In this document: one piece after another, positions 41,911 to 51,426 of the stretch
Position numbering within the stretch: position 1 is the first letter of the stretch
Layout of the letters: every line of letters begins with the position of its first letter
Origin: an uncultured Thiomicrospira sp.
GTDB taxonomy: Bacteria; Pseudomonadota; Gammaproteobacteria; CAKMZV01
Direction of reading: 5' to 3'
NCBI GenBank assembly: GCA_965195345.1
Contig: OZ239628.1
Span: forward strand, 800,001 to 864,000
DNA length: 64,000 bases
Position numbers and translations under genes: made by a program
Notes under the pieces: generated by a model
The model's database searches: none
What the model saw: only the letters and a program-made list of their open reading frames with translations
What the model was told of the DNA's origin: nothing

Positions 41911-41997
41911 ATTAGGAGGTGATTGCGGTAGCGCTTTAGAAGTGACTTTGATACAATTGTTTTAGTATCTATTTAGGATGAACAAGATTATTTTAGG

Positions 41998-42558
41998 ATG
42001 AACAAGATTATGAATTTGGAACAATTAAAAGTCGGTGATGTTGTATGGTTTGATTGCTGCTTTGTTGGGGTTTTTCCCTATAAGCATTATGGGTTGTGCT
42101 TTTGGAAGAATGAGGAATGGTGGGTAGTGCATCTTTCTAAGCAGCATAAGAAAGTGATGCAGGAGCCGTTAGCATCTTTTGCGCAAGGAAATGAACTATT
42201 TATTTCTAAGCAAATAACGAGTATTAGCCCTTCTAAAGCAGTTCAAAGAGCATTGAGTAGGATTGATAGTTACGATCTTTTTGCCAACAATTGCGAGCAT
42301 TTTGTTAGATGGGCGCATGATATGAAAAAAGAAAGTAAACAATTACAAAAAAGAGCAGTGGTAACTACGGGATTAGTTATGACTCGTGTGCCTTCTCCAC
42401 CTGTACAAGTAGCGGGAGTTGTAGGTGCGGCTGTTGGCTATTTTTCAGATGAAAAGGGTGCTTTGAAAAACTCTTTAGTAGCCGGTGGAGTTGTTTTAGG
42501 TGCTGTTGCTTTGGGAGCATTCTTTTCTGCTTTGACTTCAAAATCAAGCGCATCCTAA
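41998..42558 (+). CDS. LRAT-like (permuted NlpC/P60) acyltransferase/phospholipase with hydrophobic C-terminus
   Basis: KHYGL, VVH and YDLFANNCEHFVRW motifs; Gly/Ala-rich C-terminal helices. A 20-bp tandem duplication covers the RBS/start (~41972-42010). Confidence 0.8.
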   Translation: MNKIMNLEQLKVGDVVWFDCCFVGVFPYKHYGLCFWKNEEWWVVHLSKQHKKVMQEPLASFAQGNELFISKQITSISPSKAVQRALSRIDSYDLFANNCEHFVRWAHDMKKESKQLQKRAVVTTGLVMTRVPSPPVQVAGVVGAAVGYFSDEKGALKNSLVAGGVVLGAVALGAFFSALTSKSSAS

Positions 42559-42907
42559 TATTCCAATAATCTATATCAAAAACGTCGGTCGTTCCCGACA
42601 GTCAACAAAGGTTTATAGAGTATTTTGCAGCTCTGGGGGGGTAAGAGTATTTTTGCAGAATTAGATAGGATAGGCTGGTTCTAATTAAAGGGACTAAGTT
42701 GTCTTTTCAATCCACTTTTTTCTAACATTCGTGTTGATTTATCTTATATTTAAAGTCGTTGAGGATTAATAGTCAAAAAAGAGATATGTTTACATAAATA
42801 TTGTTGGTTAGCGCTATTGACTAATTGTTATTAAATGGTATATTATTTGAGTAAGTGAAATTTAACTGTACTGATTTATAGAGGTTTGATGATTAATCGT
42901 CCTGTTA

Positions 42908-43417
42908 TTGATACTGATTTTAGTGAGTCTGCTCGGAGTGATTGGCTATCTTATAGTTGTTAAGAAAGACGCGCCCCTAGAGAGCATCGATCAAGTCTTA
43001 AAAGAAGATATAGAACAACAAACTGAAGAATCCAAGACGATTTTAAAGATTGACCCAACGTTGGATTATGATAAAGAAGTATCCTCTTTAACACTTCCAG
43101 AAAAGAAGAAATCAACTAAAGAAGAGCTGCTCACAAAAGAAGAGCTTCTTAAGATAAAAATTCCCCCGCTCCCTGACTTTAACAACGATGGGCAACATGA
43201 AAAAGCATTAAAGGCTATTGAGCATATCAATGCTTTATTTGCTGAAATTGATGCCAGCAGACCCAATGCCGTATCGCTTTCAAGTACGCAGGCGACGGCT
43301 TTAAAAAAGCAACAGGATGAGCGCGCTGCGATTTTTGAGCGATTAAAAGCTGAACAAGCGGCATTACAAACGCGCCTTCAATTACTAAAAGAAAAACAAT
43401 CAAATAAGCAACCATGA
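42908..43417 (+). CDS. Hypothetical membrane-anchored protein with C-terminal coiled coil, upstream of the RHS gene
   Basis: N-terminal hydrophobic helix and charged helical body. The true start may be the in-frame ATG at ~42889. Confidence 0.55.
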   Translation: MILILVSLLGVIGYLIVVKKDAPLESIDQVLKEDIEQQTEESKTILKIDPTLDYDKEVSSLTLPEKKKSTKEELLTKEELLKIKIPPLPDFNNDGQHEKALKAIEHINALFAEIDASRPNAVSLSSTQATALKKQQDERAAIFERLKAEQAALQTRLQLLKEKQSNKQP

Positions 43418-43457
43418 GTGTTGCGATTAACCAAATTATACTGAGGAGATAATTATT

Positions 43458-44948
43458 ATGAATATGAAACAACTGCATTTATCAATTATTCTATTACTGG
43501 GTTTTTGTTTTTCATCTTTTAGTTTTGCTTCATTAGTAGGTAAGACAGGAGGACAGTTTTCAGCGTCTAATGGAGCGGCGACTTATTCTGTGCCGTTGGT
43601 TCTACCTCAAGGGATCAATAAATTAACCCCGCAATTGGGTATTTCTTATAACTCTCAAGGAGCGTCTGCGGGATATTTGGGTGTTGGTTGGGTTTTGACA
43701 GGGCTTTCTGCGATTAATCGCTGTCCTTCAACATTAGCCTCAGAAGGCTATACGCGTCAACTCATGCTTGATAATGGAGATCAACTTTGTTTGGACGGTG
43801 CGAAACTGATCCAGAGGTTTGGTGGTACTTACCGCACTCAAACGGATTCTTATCAAAAGATTGAACGAATTGGAAGTCATTTTGTCGTTTACAAAAAGTC
43901 GGGAGAAATTTTTGAATATGGAAATAGCGTGGACTCATTCGTTGAAGCACAAGGTAAAAGTGTCGCATTAGCATGGAAAGTCAATAAGATAACAGATCGA
44001 TTTGGAAATACGATTAGATTCCACTATGATGAACGTACAGAATACAGCGAAAGTGTTATTTCAAAAATAGTTTATAACGTCGGTCCAAAGACTGAAGCAG
44101 AAGTGCGTTTTTCTTATGAAAATTTAAATGCTGCGCTTCTCTCAACGAGTGATGCAAGTAGGATTGGGGGTTCATTAATCAGCATCAGCAAGCTTTTAAC
44201 GAAAATTGAATTTAGGTTAGATGGTGAGGAGATTCGTTCATACACCCCCACTTACGAGCATCGACATGCAGATAAGTTGTTTCCACTTATTACCCAAGTA
44301 CAGGAATGTGTTAAAGGTGAATGTTTAAGTCCAATTCGTTTTACTTGGGATAAACAAAAGGAATTGAGTGGATCAGAAGAGGTACATGCAGGTGTACGCT
44401 CATTGCATTTACAACATCCTCATAGGGCATCAGGGCGTACTAACGTAAGCAGAACTGCCCGGTGCAATGGATATTATGGTAATGCTGGTAACTGCAATAG
44501 AGTGTATACATATAAAACTGGGATATATGTCAATAATGAGCTTTTAGGGACTCATAATGGAATCGTTAGTGCATATTATTTAGATTTGAATATTGATGGA
44601 TTGATTGATTATGTTGTTTGGAAAGGTGATAACCGTCCACGCTATGATATGTACATCAATCAAGGAGACAATCAATTTAAAAAAATACAGCATGTGATGC
44701 TTGCTGATCACAATGGTGATGGAGCAGTTGATAAGATATTTCTTAAATATGCTGGTAGGTTTAGTAAATTTTTTGTTGAACCATTTAAAGTAAAAGGAGA
44801 TTTAATCACGCAATTTCAAGTAGGCGATGATCCTGCGACAATAGTTGAGTATATGGATGGTTATTTGGACGATGCATATGTTAAAGAAACGAATCCACCA
44901 GCAAATCACACGGCGATAACTCATCCTGGTTTTTGGTTAAGAAAGTGA
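43458..44948 (+). CDS. N-terminal part of a TcB/SpvB-like RHS toxin (signal peptide, SpvB-like region, FG-GAP-like DxNxDG motifs); frameshifted from 44933-49654
   Basis: Sec-like signal peptide; GAATYSVPLVLPQG...PQLGISYNSQ...GVGWVLTGLSAINRC; AWKVNKITDRFGN; DLNIDGLID and DHNGDGAVD; GAGGAG RBS. Confidence 0.8.
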   Translation: MNMKQLHLSIILLLGFCFSSFSFASLVGKTGGQFSASNGAATYSVPLVLPQGINKLTPQLGISYNSQGASAGYLGVGWVLTGLSAINRCPSTLASEGYTRQLMLDNGDQLCLDGAKLIQRFGGTYRTQTDSYQKIERIGSHFVVYKKSGEIFEYGNSVDSFVEAQGKSVALAWKVNKITDRFGNTIRFHYDERTEYSESVISKIVYNVGPKTEAEVRFSYENLNAALLSTSDASRIGGSLISISKLLTKIEFRLDGEEIRSYTPTYEHRHADKLFPLITQVQECVKGECLSPIRFTWDKQKELSGSEEVHAGVRSLHLQHPHRASGRTNVSRTARCNGYYGNAGNCNRVYTYKTGIYVNNELLGTHNGIVSAYYLDLNIDGLIDYVVWKGDNRPRYDMYINQGDNQFKKIQHVMLADHNGDGAVDKIFLKYAGRFSKFFVEPFKVKGDLITQFQVGDDPATIVEYMDGYLDDAYVKETNPPANHTAITHPGFWLRK

Positions 44949-47900
44949 CTACTCCAGATGGGGTAGGTGGTACACAATCGAGTAACTACCGTTATGGTGG
45001 TATGGTCATGGAACATCTTGGTAAAGGGAGCAAAGGGTTTAGTTGGACAGAAGTTACTAGTGCGAAAACGAATGCAAAAACACGCACAGAATTTTATCAA
45101 GATTACCCTTTTATTGGAATTCCTAAAAAGGTTCAGGGTTTTAGTGATGGCGTGTTATTGAGTGAACAAGAGTCGGTTTATGATTACCGGCTCCGGTCAG
45201 CAATTAGATTTATCACTAAAGGACCTCAAAGTCTTAATAAACAAAACGTGAATGATCAAATCATTGAGTTTTGGATGTCAGAACAAAGTAATAAGAGTTA
45301 TTCTCCACAAGGCGCACATATACAGACAGTTATTACCAAAAATGAAGCACCGGATGCTTATGGTAACATGACTAATATAAAAGTAACCACAGAGGATCAT
45401 GAAAACAATCAAACGTGGGCTGTTGAATCAATCAATACGTTTGACAATGATGCAAGTGATTGGGTTTTGGGTCGATTATTGACATCGAAAGCGATTCATG
45501 ATGGACCTGATGGCAATCGAATTATAAAAGAGGCAAGTTTTGAATACGATGATGAAGGGGTACTGATTGGTGAAATAACGGAGCCGAATAATGCGAGCCT
45601 GTATAAAAGAGTGACTTACAGTTATGATTCTTATGGGCATAAGAATCGAGTAACATCAGCAATAGCAGGTCACTCAAGGGAGACGAGGAAGACGACGACA
45701 TATGATGCAGTAATTGATGGCGTTTCAGTGCGCAAGGTGGTCCTTACGAATGCATTGGGACATTCGGAAGAAAGTTTGTATTCATTAGAGCACGGTGGAT
45801 TGTTAAAACAGACCGGTCCTAATGGACTTTCAACGTCTTGGCAGTACGATGTGATGGGTCGTAAGGTGTTCGAAGATAGAGCAGATGGGACGTGGACGCG
45901 TTGGACCTATGAATACAGTGATTGGACTGGTGCGCGTTTTAAGAATGGGGTTGAGTCATCGGGTAGTCCAATAAGCTATCAATATTACGACACCCATGGT
46001 CGAGTGGTGCGCAAGAGCAATGTCTCATTAGATGGTCGCAGGCTATTTAGAGACACCCGCTATAATGATTTAGGACAAAAGGTATTCACATCGCGTCCAT
46101 ATTTTGAGGGTGAGGCAGTGTATGGAGGTCAGCTTATTTATAATCAATTTGGTTTATTGACGGAACAAGTGACCCCTGGTGCAAATGGAGAAGAAATACG
46201 TACGCGCTATGAATACGATGGCTTTAAAGAGACGGTTATCTATGCGAATGGTTCACGCAAAACACTTACTAAGAATGCCAAAGGTCAGGTACTTGAAGTT
46301 AATGATCGGGGAGCGATTATTAAGAATGAATATGATGCATTAGGACATGTAGTCCGGGTAGAGAATGCAAAGGGATTAATCACAACCATTGCTTACGATA
46401 ATGTGGGCAATAAAACGGGTATGATTGATCCTGTGCTTGGGTATTCGTACTATATCTACAACGGTTTTGGTGAGCTATTTCTACAACGAAATGAACAAGG
46501 TGGTACATTCAATTATAATCTTTACGATGTTCTGGGGCGTAAAGTATACTCAGCAAATCCAGATGGATCAACGACATGGGTGTATGATACGGGTTCAGGT
46601 AAGGGGATTGGTAAACTGGCGAGTAGTCGAAGTTCACTGGGTATAGGTAAGACGTACAGTTATGATGATTTAGGACGAACAATTAAATCAGAGTCTGAGT
46701 TTCAAGGGCAAACCCATGTTACTGAATCATCTTATGATAATTTATCAAGGATTGCATCAACAAAATATCCAGGCGGTTTGGAAGTGAACAATGTGTATAA
46801 CGACAATGGTCATCTTATAGCAGTTCAATCACCCAAATCACAAGTAACGGACTACAGTTCAGAATTTATGATGCGTCAATATCAAAAAGCGCAGAGGTAT
46901 AGACAATTAATAGATGTTGATATTGAAGGATATAGAAAAAAAGCTGCATTATATGCACAGCTGGCACAAGCGTATAAGGCGCATTCACTTAGATATAATG
47001 ATATGCTTGCTTACTCTGCTAGTGGAGTATCTAATAGTAATTGGGAGGCTAAAGTCACCCGTAATGTAGCAAAGGCAAACGAAGCGATTAAGCAGTTAGA
47101 AGATACGGTAGCTTATTATCAAGGAAGAATAGCGGAAGCAAACACGTGGAAGGCTATCTATGGGAACGCAGAGAGACATTTTCGTAATTACTTAGAGTAC
47201 TTTGATGAGTACCGTCCTGGGCACAATCTCGATAGCTACTTTCAAGGTGAAATCGATTATTATGAGGAAAAGACTCAATTTCACTCTTTGAAGGCGGAGA
47301 AATACATTGCTTTGGCGGATGAGATCACAGGTATCCAAGCGCAAATAGACAGAATCCATAATACTTCTTATCAGCCGGTTGCAGGCGCGTATGCGCCACA
47401 TGGTTGGTGGCATTCAATCTATGCCGGCTATGATCATAGTGTTGGTGGAGACCTTTATACGGTTGTGTCTCAATTCCAGAAGAAAGCAGATAAGGCGTTA
47501 ATTGAAGCCAGTTCTATAGCGGAGGAATATAACAATTACCTATCCCTTCTAGGTGATAGTGCATATGATCGTAATAATGTTACGTGGTATCGTGTTGCTA
47601 AAACGGATGTTGAGGGTCGTATTACCCGAGCCTTGTACGGTAATAGTTTGATGAGTAGTTTTGATTACGATCAAGCGAGTGGTTATTTGATGGGTTTACA
47701 GACGGGCAATATGTATAAAGGTGCTAACACCGACATACAGGATCTGGAGTTTAGTTACGATGCGATGAACAATTTAGTATCGAAACAAGACCATGTGCTC
47801 ACTCGTCAAGAGAGTATGAGCTATGATCATATGGATCGTATCTTAACGCATTCGGTCGTGGCTCCTCAGCAATCATATAACCATACTTACAGTTATAACG

Positions 47901-49654
47901 ATCATGGTGATATTTTAAGTGGTCCAGCGGGTAATTATCTTTATGGGGATTATCAACATCAGTCGAATACGTTAAGGGGGGTATTATTGAGTGTTGGTGG
48001 TGTCAATGTTCATTATGATGCGCTGGGTAATATGACTCGTGCAGTAAACGGTACCCAAATCACTTATAACGGACAGAACAAACCCATACTTTTTGAAAAA
48101 GGTATTAATCGTACGGGAGCTTATGGTGAGAGTGGTAGTAGTTTTAATCGTACGGGATTTGCTTATGATGAGAGTGGTAGTCGTTTTCTAAAGACGGTGA
48201 ATGGTGTGCAGAGTCTTTATATTGGTAAGATTTATGAGAAGAATCTTGCAAGTGGAGACGAAGTCAATCATATTTACTTTGGTGGAAAACACATAGCAAG
48301 TTATGAAAAGCGAGGTGGTGGGCATAATCTAACGAGTTATATGCACAAAGATGCATTGGGGAGCGTTGATGTTGTAACCAATGCACAAGGAAATGTAATA
48401 AAGCGCTACGCATACGATGCTTTTGGTAAGCGACATGAACTCACCACCAAGTTATCCCAAGCGAAGGATGGATTTACACATGTAAAATCAAATGTTGACA
48501 GGGGCTATACGGGTCATGAGCATTTTAATGTTGGAGATGATGCAAGCACTGGTTTTATACACATGAATGGACGTGTGTATGATCAGAATATTGGACGTTT
48601 TTTAAGTGCTGACCCACATATTCAAGCACCATCGGTTGCGATGTCACACAATCGTTATGCTTATGTATTGAATAATCCGTATAAATACACGGATCCAAGT
48701 GGTTACTTTTTCAAGAAGTTTTTTAACTGGCTTGGAGAAAGAGTGCGCCAACTTGGCAATTGGATTAAGGAAAATGAAAAAGCGTTGGGTGCGGCTCTTC
48801 TTGCAGCAGTAGGGGGTTGGGCTATATTATATGCGCAAGGTGTAACATTTGGAACTGCTGGGGCTGCTCAGCTTGTAGCTGTTGGTGCTTTTGGAGGTGC
48901 GGTGACTGGGGGAATCAACTCAGGGTCCTTTGCAGGTGCGTTTAAGGGAGCGATATTTGGTGCATTTTCAGCTGGGGTAGCATTTGGCATAGTAAACGGG
49001 TTTGGTAATGGGTTAACGGGATGGGATGCAATTGCAAAGGCAGGTGCGCATGGTATAGCTCAAGGCGGTCTAAGTGCGGCTCAAGGTGGCGACTTTTGGT
49101 CGGGTTTTGTATCAGCAGCAGCGGGGTCGTATGTGCCTGCTGGGGATGTTGCTCAAAAACTTGGCATTGATAGCATAGCTGGTAGGACCATAGTTGCATC
49201 AGTAACGGGCGGTACTGCCTCCGCGCTTACTGGCGGTTCATTTGCTAATGGTGCTCAAACCGCTGCTTATGTCCATTTGTTTAATGGCGAAACAAGGAAA
49301 CAATTTGAAAAATTCATGGATTTTATTGGAATGCAAAGTGTTGAGAGGGGTGAATCTGACCCTTTCATACATGAAAAAGTAGCCAACTCTAAGGCAGATT
49401 TACCTGATAGTATTGCCAACTATGAGCCTGATGGTTGGGCTGGGTTTGTTGATGATAGAGGAAACCACGAATGGAATCAAAGGTTGCCTGGTGGATATCA
49501 CTTAACTACGGATCTTGGTAGGTCTGGTGTTTACGTACACTATGATGCTCTAGACCCATTAAATGGTGCTGTGGACACTGGTAGGCACATATGGGTTGAA
49601 GTCGGGAATAGCAATACTTATGTTGACAATCACCCAGACTGGGGGGCACAATAA
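44933..49654 (+). CDS. RHS/YD-repeat core with C-terminal polymorphic toxin domain (continuation after the frameshift)
   Basis: Many YD..GR repeats; RHS core RGYTGHE...HMNGRVYD..IGRFLSADP and NPYKYTDPSG cleavage motif; Gly-rich linker ending FANGAQTAAYVHLFN; unique C-terminal tip after ~49286. Confidence 0.88.
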   Translation: MVKKVTTPDGVGGTQSSNYRYGGMVMEHLGKGSKGFSWTEVTSAKTNAKTRTEFYQDYPFIGIPKKVQGFSDGVLLSEQESVYDYRLRSAIRFITKGPQSLNKQNVNDQIIEFWMSEQSNKSYSPQGAHIQTVITKNEAPDAYGNMTNIKVTTEDHENNQTWAVESINTFDNDASDWVLGRLLTSKAIHDGPDGNRIIKEASFEYDDEGVLIGEITEPNNASLYKRVTYSYDSYGHKNRVTSAIAGHSRETRKTTTYDAVIDGVSVRKVVLTNALGHSEESLYSLEHGGLLKQTGPNGLSTSWQYDVMGRKVFEDRADGTWTRWTYEYSDWTGARFKNGVESSGSPISYQYYDTHGRVVRKSNVSLDGRRLFRDTRYNDLGQKVFTSRPYFEGEAVYGGQLIYNQFGLLTEQVTPGANGEEIRTRYEYDGFKETVIYANGSRKTLTKNAKGQVLEVNDRGAIIKNEYDALGHVVRVENAKGLITTIAYDNVGNKTGMIDPVLGYSYYIYNGFGELFLQRNEQGGTFNYNLYDVLGRKVYSANPDGSTTWVYDTGSGKGIGKLASSRSSLGIGKTYSYDDLGRTIKSESEFQGQTHVTESSYDNLSRIASTKYPGGLEVNNVYNDNGHLIAVQSPKSQVTDYSSEFMMRQYQKAQRYRQLIDVDIEGYRKKAALYAQLAQAYKAHSLRYNDMLAYSASGVSNSNWEAKVTRNVAKANEAIKQLEDTVAYYQGRIAEANTWKAIYGNAERHFRNYLEYFDEYRPGHNLDSYFQGEIDYYEEKTQFHSLKAEKYIALADEITGIQAQIDRIHNTSYQPVAGAYAPHGWWHSIYAGYDHSVGGDLYTVVSQFQKKADKALIEASSIAEEYNNYLSLLGDSAYDRNNVTWYRVAKTDVEGRITRALYGNSLMSSFDYDQASGYLMGLQTGNMYKGANTDIQDLEFSYDAMNNLVSKQDHVLTRQESMSYDHMDRILTHSVVAPQQSYNHTYSYNDHGDILSGPAGNYLYGDYQHQSNTLRGVLLSVGGVNVHYDALGNMTRAVNGTQITYNGQNKPILFEKGINRTGAYGESGSSFNRTGFAYDESGSRFLKTVNGVQSLYIGKIYEKNLASGDEVNHIYFGGKHIASYEKRGGGHNLTSYMHKDALGSVDVVTNAQGNVIKRYAYDAFGKRHELTTKLSQAKDGFTHVKSNVDRGYTGHEHFNVGDDASTGFIHMNGRVYDQNIGRFLSADPHIQAPSVAMSHNRYAYVLNNPYKYTDPSGYFFKKFFNWLGERVRQLGNWIKENEKALGAALLAAVGGWAILYAQGVTFGTAGAAQLVAVGAFGGAVTGGINSGSFAGAFKGAIFGAFSAGVAFGIVNGFGNGLTGWDAIAKAGAHGIAQGGLSAAQGGDFWSGFVSAAAGSYVPAGDVAQKLGIDSIAGRTIVASVTGGTASALTGGSFANGAQTAAYVHLFNGETRKQFEKFMDFIGMQSVERGESDPFIHEKVANSKADLPDSIANYEPDGWAGFVDDRGNHEWNQRLPGGYHLTTDLGRSGVYVHYDALDPLNGAVDTGRHIWVEVGNSNTYVDNHPDWGAQ

Positions 49655-49750
49655 AGTATGAAGCACATGCTTATTAGTGTACACGCCATCAGATTGGTTG
49701 TTGTATGTGTACAGTGGATAGTAATTAAATGATGAATAGGGTACCAACCA

Positions 49751-50053
49751 TTGACTAGGACAATAAAATACCAAATTGCCAATATACTGGTTATATTGAT
49801 ATATTTAATTTCGATTTGTCTATTAATATTAAGCAAAAATAATATTTACTACACACAGCCTCCTCTTGAATTTTTGATTATCTTTATCGTCTATTTTCTA
49901 TTGGTATTTTCGGGGGTGCCTTGGGCTTTATTGTTTGCAAAGATTCATGAAAAAAATGTATATGAATACACATTATTTGGTCTCTTAATAGGCCCAATAC
50001 AGATAATACTCATCTGTTGTTTCTTGATTTTAATTAGGTTTGTTTTACATTAG
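49751..50053 (+). CDS. Putative membrane immunity protein
   Basis: Small, low-GC ORF with ~3 hydrophobic segments right after the RHS tip. Confidence 0.5.
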   Translation: MTRTIKYQIANILVILIYLISICLLILSKNNIYYTQPPLEFLIIFIVYFLLVFSGVPWALLFAKIHEKNVYEYTLFGLLIGPIQIILICCFLILIRFVLH

Positions 50054-50168
50054 GTTCATTTCGCTTTAATCTAAGATTTATGAAATATATTTACCACACA
50101 AATTGTTTATTTGGAATGAATGGCAAAACGCATACAGGGACAGATAAGCATAAAAAAACAAACGCATT

Positions 50169-50447
50169 GTGAAAAAAACATTAATTTTTTTAGTTATTTC
50201 ACTAACAATGTTAGGACTCTATTTTGGAGTATTGATTTTCTCGATTGATGACGACTTTGGTGAAACGATCCTTTCGGCATACGTTATACCAACGCTGCTC
50301 TTTTCTATATTGTCAAGCACTGTATATGCTTATAAATTCAAAAAAAATTACTATATTTCGTTGGTATTCGGCATTATATTTTTCTTTCACATGCAAATAA
50401 ATGGTTTTCTTATCGTTATGATTGCAGGGGTAGTGTATGGTCCGTAG
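50169..50447 (+). CDS. Putative membrane (orphan) immunity protein
   Basis: Small, hydrophobic ~3-TM ORF inside the RHS cassette region. Confidence 0.45.
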   Translation: MKKTLIFLVISLTMLGLYFGVLIFSIDDDFGETILSAYVIPTLLFSILSSTVYAYKFKKNYYISLVFGIIFFFHMQINGFLIVMIAGVVYGP

Positions 50448-50564
50448 ATTACAGTGGCTGAAACCCTTTATACATAGGTATGTGCGCATCCCTCTTTCGC
50501 TGCCAGAATAAAAAGGGACACCACCGGCGTCTTTTTTTTATTCTGATGCTGAGTATGACCGGTC

Positions 50565-51426
50565 GGTAACTGGATTAAGGAAAATGAAAAAGCGTTGGGT
50601 GCGGCTCTTCTTGCAGCAGTAGTGGGCTATATTGGCAGCACAAGGAGTTACATTTGGAACTGCTGGGGCAGCTCAGCTTATAGCTGTTGGTGCTTTTGGA
50701 GGTGCGGTGACTGGGGGAATCAACTCAGGGTCCTTTGCAGGTGCGTTTAAGGGGGCGATATTTGGTGCATTTTCAGCTGGGGCAGCATTTGGTATAGTAA
50801 GCGGGTTTGGTAATGGGTTAACGGGATTGGATGCAATTGCAAAGGCAGGTGCGCATGGTATAGATCAAGGCGGTCTGAGTGCGGCTCAAGGTGGCGACTT
50901 TTGGTCGGGTATCAGCAGAAGCGGGGTCGTATGTGCCTACAGGGGATATTGCTCAAACACTTGGCATTGATAGCATAGCAGGTAGGACAATAGTTGCATC
51001 AGTAACGGGCGGTACTGCCTCCGCGCTTACTGGCGGTTCATTCGCTAATGGTGCTCAAACCGCTGCTTATGTCCATCTTTTTAACAACAAAGCAAAACGC
51101 GTTTGGAAGTATTCACAAAGCACAGGAGAGCTATTAGATCCTGATGGTGAGCAAGTTGGAAAGAAGGTATATTCAGTAGCTGGTAAGGGAAAAAATAATC
51201 CAGATATGCAAGATGTACCCAATGTAGGACCAATACCGCTGGAAAGTTAAATGGTAATGACCATACAGCCGTCGTTGTTTTATTAAATGTAGATACTACT
51301 CGGCATAGTTTTCTTATACACGGTGGTGATGGCAGTGGTACTTCTTCACAGGGGTGTGTCGTTCTCAATGGAGTCTCAAATCGCCGTAAATTCAAAGTAG
51401 GTGATGTACTAAGGGTTACGATGTGA
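50565..51426 (+). pseudogene. Orphan RHS C-terminal cassette with Tlde1/DUF2778-like (L,D-transpeptidase-fold) toxin, frameshifted
   Basis: 50565-51085 is a near-copy of 48755-49285. It continues WKYSQSTGEL...GKNNPDMQDVPNVGPIP and, in another frame, RHSFLIHGGDGSGTSSQGCVVL (H...SxGC). Confidence 0.75.

Noticed and set aside
48105-48187. Short in-frame tandem duplication in the RHS core (NRTGAYGESGSSF/NRTGFAYDESGSRF); also small tandem repeats at ~41972-42010 and ~52731-52768
   Set aside because: Real, but most simply local slippage events with no evidence of function.
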